DNA of 62,306 bases, filler included. It is 4 parts of 4 records of this genome, joined end to end, with 100 filler letters (N's around TTAATTAATTAA, not from the genome) between each part and the next. Parts side by side here need not be neighbours in the genome. Positions count along the whole stretch, not along the records: positions 52,873 to 62,306 come from SRR31156797_9000; 3 more parts are not named here. The stretch is one strand, 5' to 3'. This document shows positions 62,236 to 62,306 of this stretch, piece after piece. A model generated the notes under the pieces. The model made no database searches, was not told the DNA's origin, and saw only the letters and a list, made by a program, of their open reading frames with translations. A program made the translations under genes and the position numbers. Numbering within the stretch: the stretch's first letter is position 1; every line of letters starts with the position of its first letter.

Positions 62236-62268
62236 AAGCCGCGGGAGCGTTAGTTTCCGCGGCTTTTT
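62236..62268 (+). terminator. Intrinsic terminator
   Basis: AAGCCGCGGGAGC-GTTA-GTTTCCGCGGCTT followed by a T-run. Confidence 0.85.
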
Positions 62269-62306
62269 ACTTTGCGTCCATCCATAAATGGTTATTTTTC
62301 CCAATC

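Overview
The window is not one locus. It holds four contigs joined by three 100-nt artificial spacers (N-runs around TTAATTAATTAA at 20764-20863, 37557-37656 and 52773-52872). (1) 1-20763 is an AT-rich Bacteroidota contig with TAnnTTTG promoters and a T9SS-type protein. It carries citF, a citD-citE fusion, a four-helix-bundle gene bracketed by complementary 9-mer repeat arrays, ribF, a TlpA lipoprotein, lpxH, rsfS-ftsH-DUF2007-cdsA-psd, a 55-aa ferredoxin, an SSS transporter, an HAMP-GAF-PAS sensor and asnB. (2) 20864-37556 is Vibrio: ispH-fkpB-lspA-ileS-ribF-murJ, rpsT, hlyU, nhaR, nptA, an adenine riboswitch with add, a divergent GNAT/C39-like fusion and RLAN-RimK ATP-grasp pair, and zntB. 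(3) 37657-52772 is Vibrio: a tRNA-Tyr 3' end, treCB/treR, gmhB, metNIQ, syd, queF, a TPR protein and a CdgG-like GGDEF protein. (4) 52873-62306 is a higher-GC Desulfobacterota-like contig: atp genes, bactofilin, DUF2080-GNAT, a large Fe-S flavoprotein, an ATC-hydrolase-family protein, a Nudix CoA pyrophosphatase, and a promoter/terminator-bounded rod-shaped ncRNA candidate. Best leads: the repeat-bracketed four-helix-bundle cassette, the short 6S-like RNA, the long multi-state expression platform of the add riboswitch, the GNAT-C39/RLAN-RimK pair, and the CitD-CitE fusion that appears to lack the carrier serine. All family assignments come from motif recognition by eye; no searches or folding programs were run.
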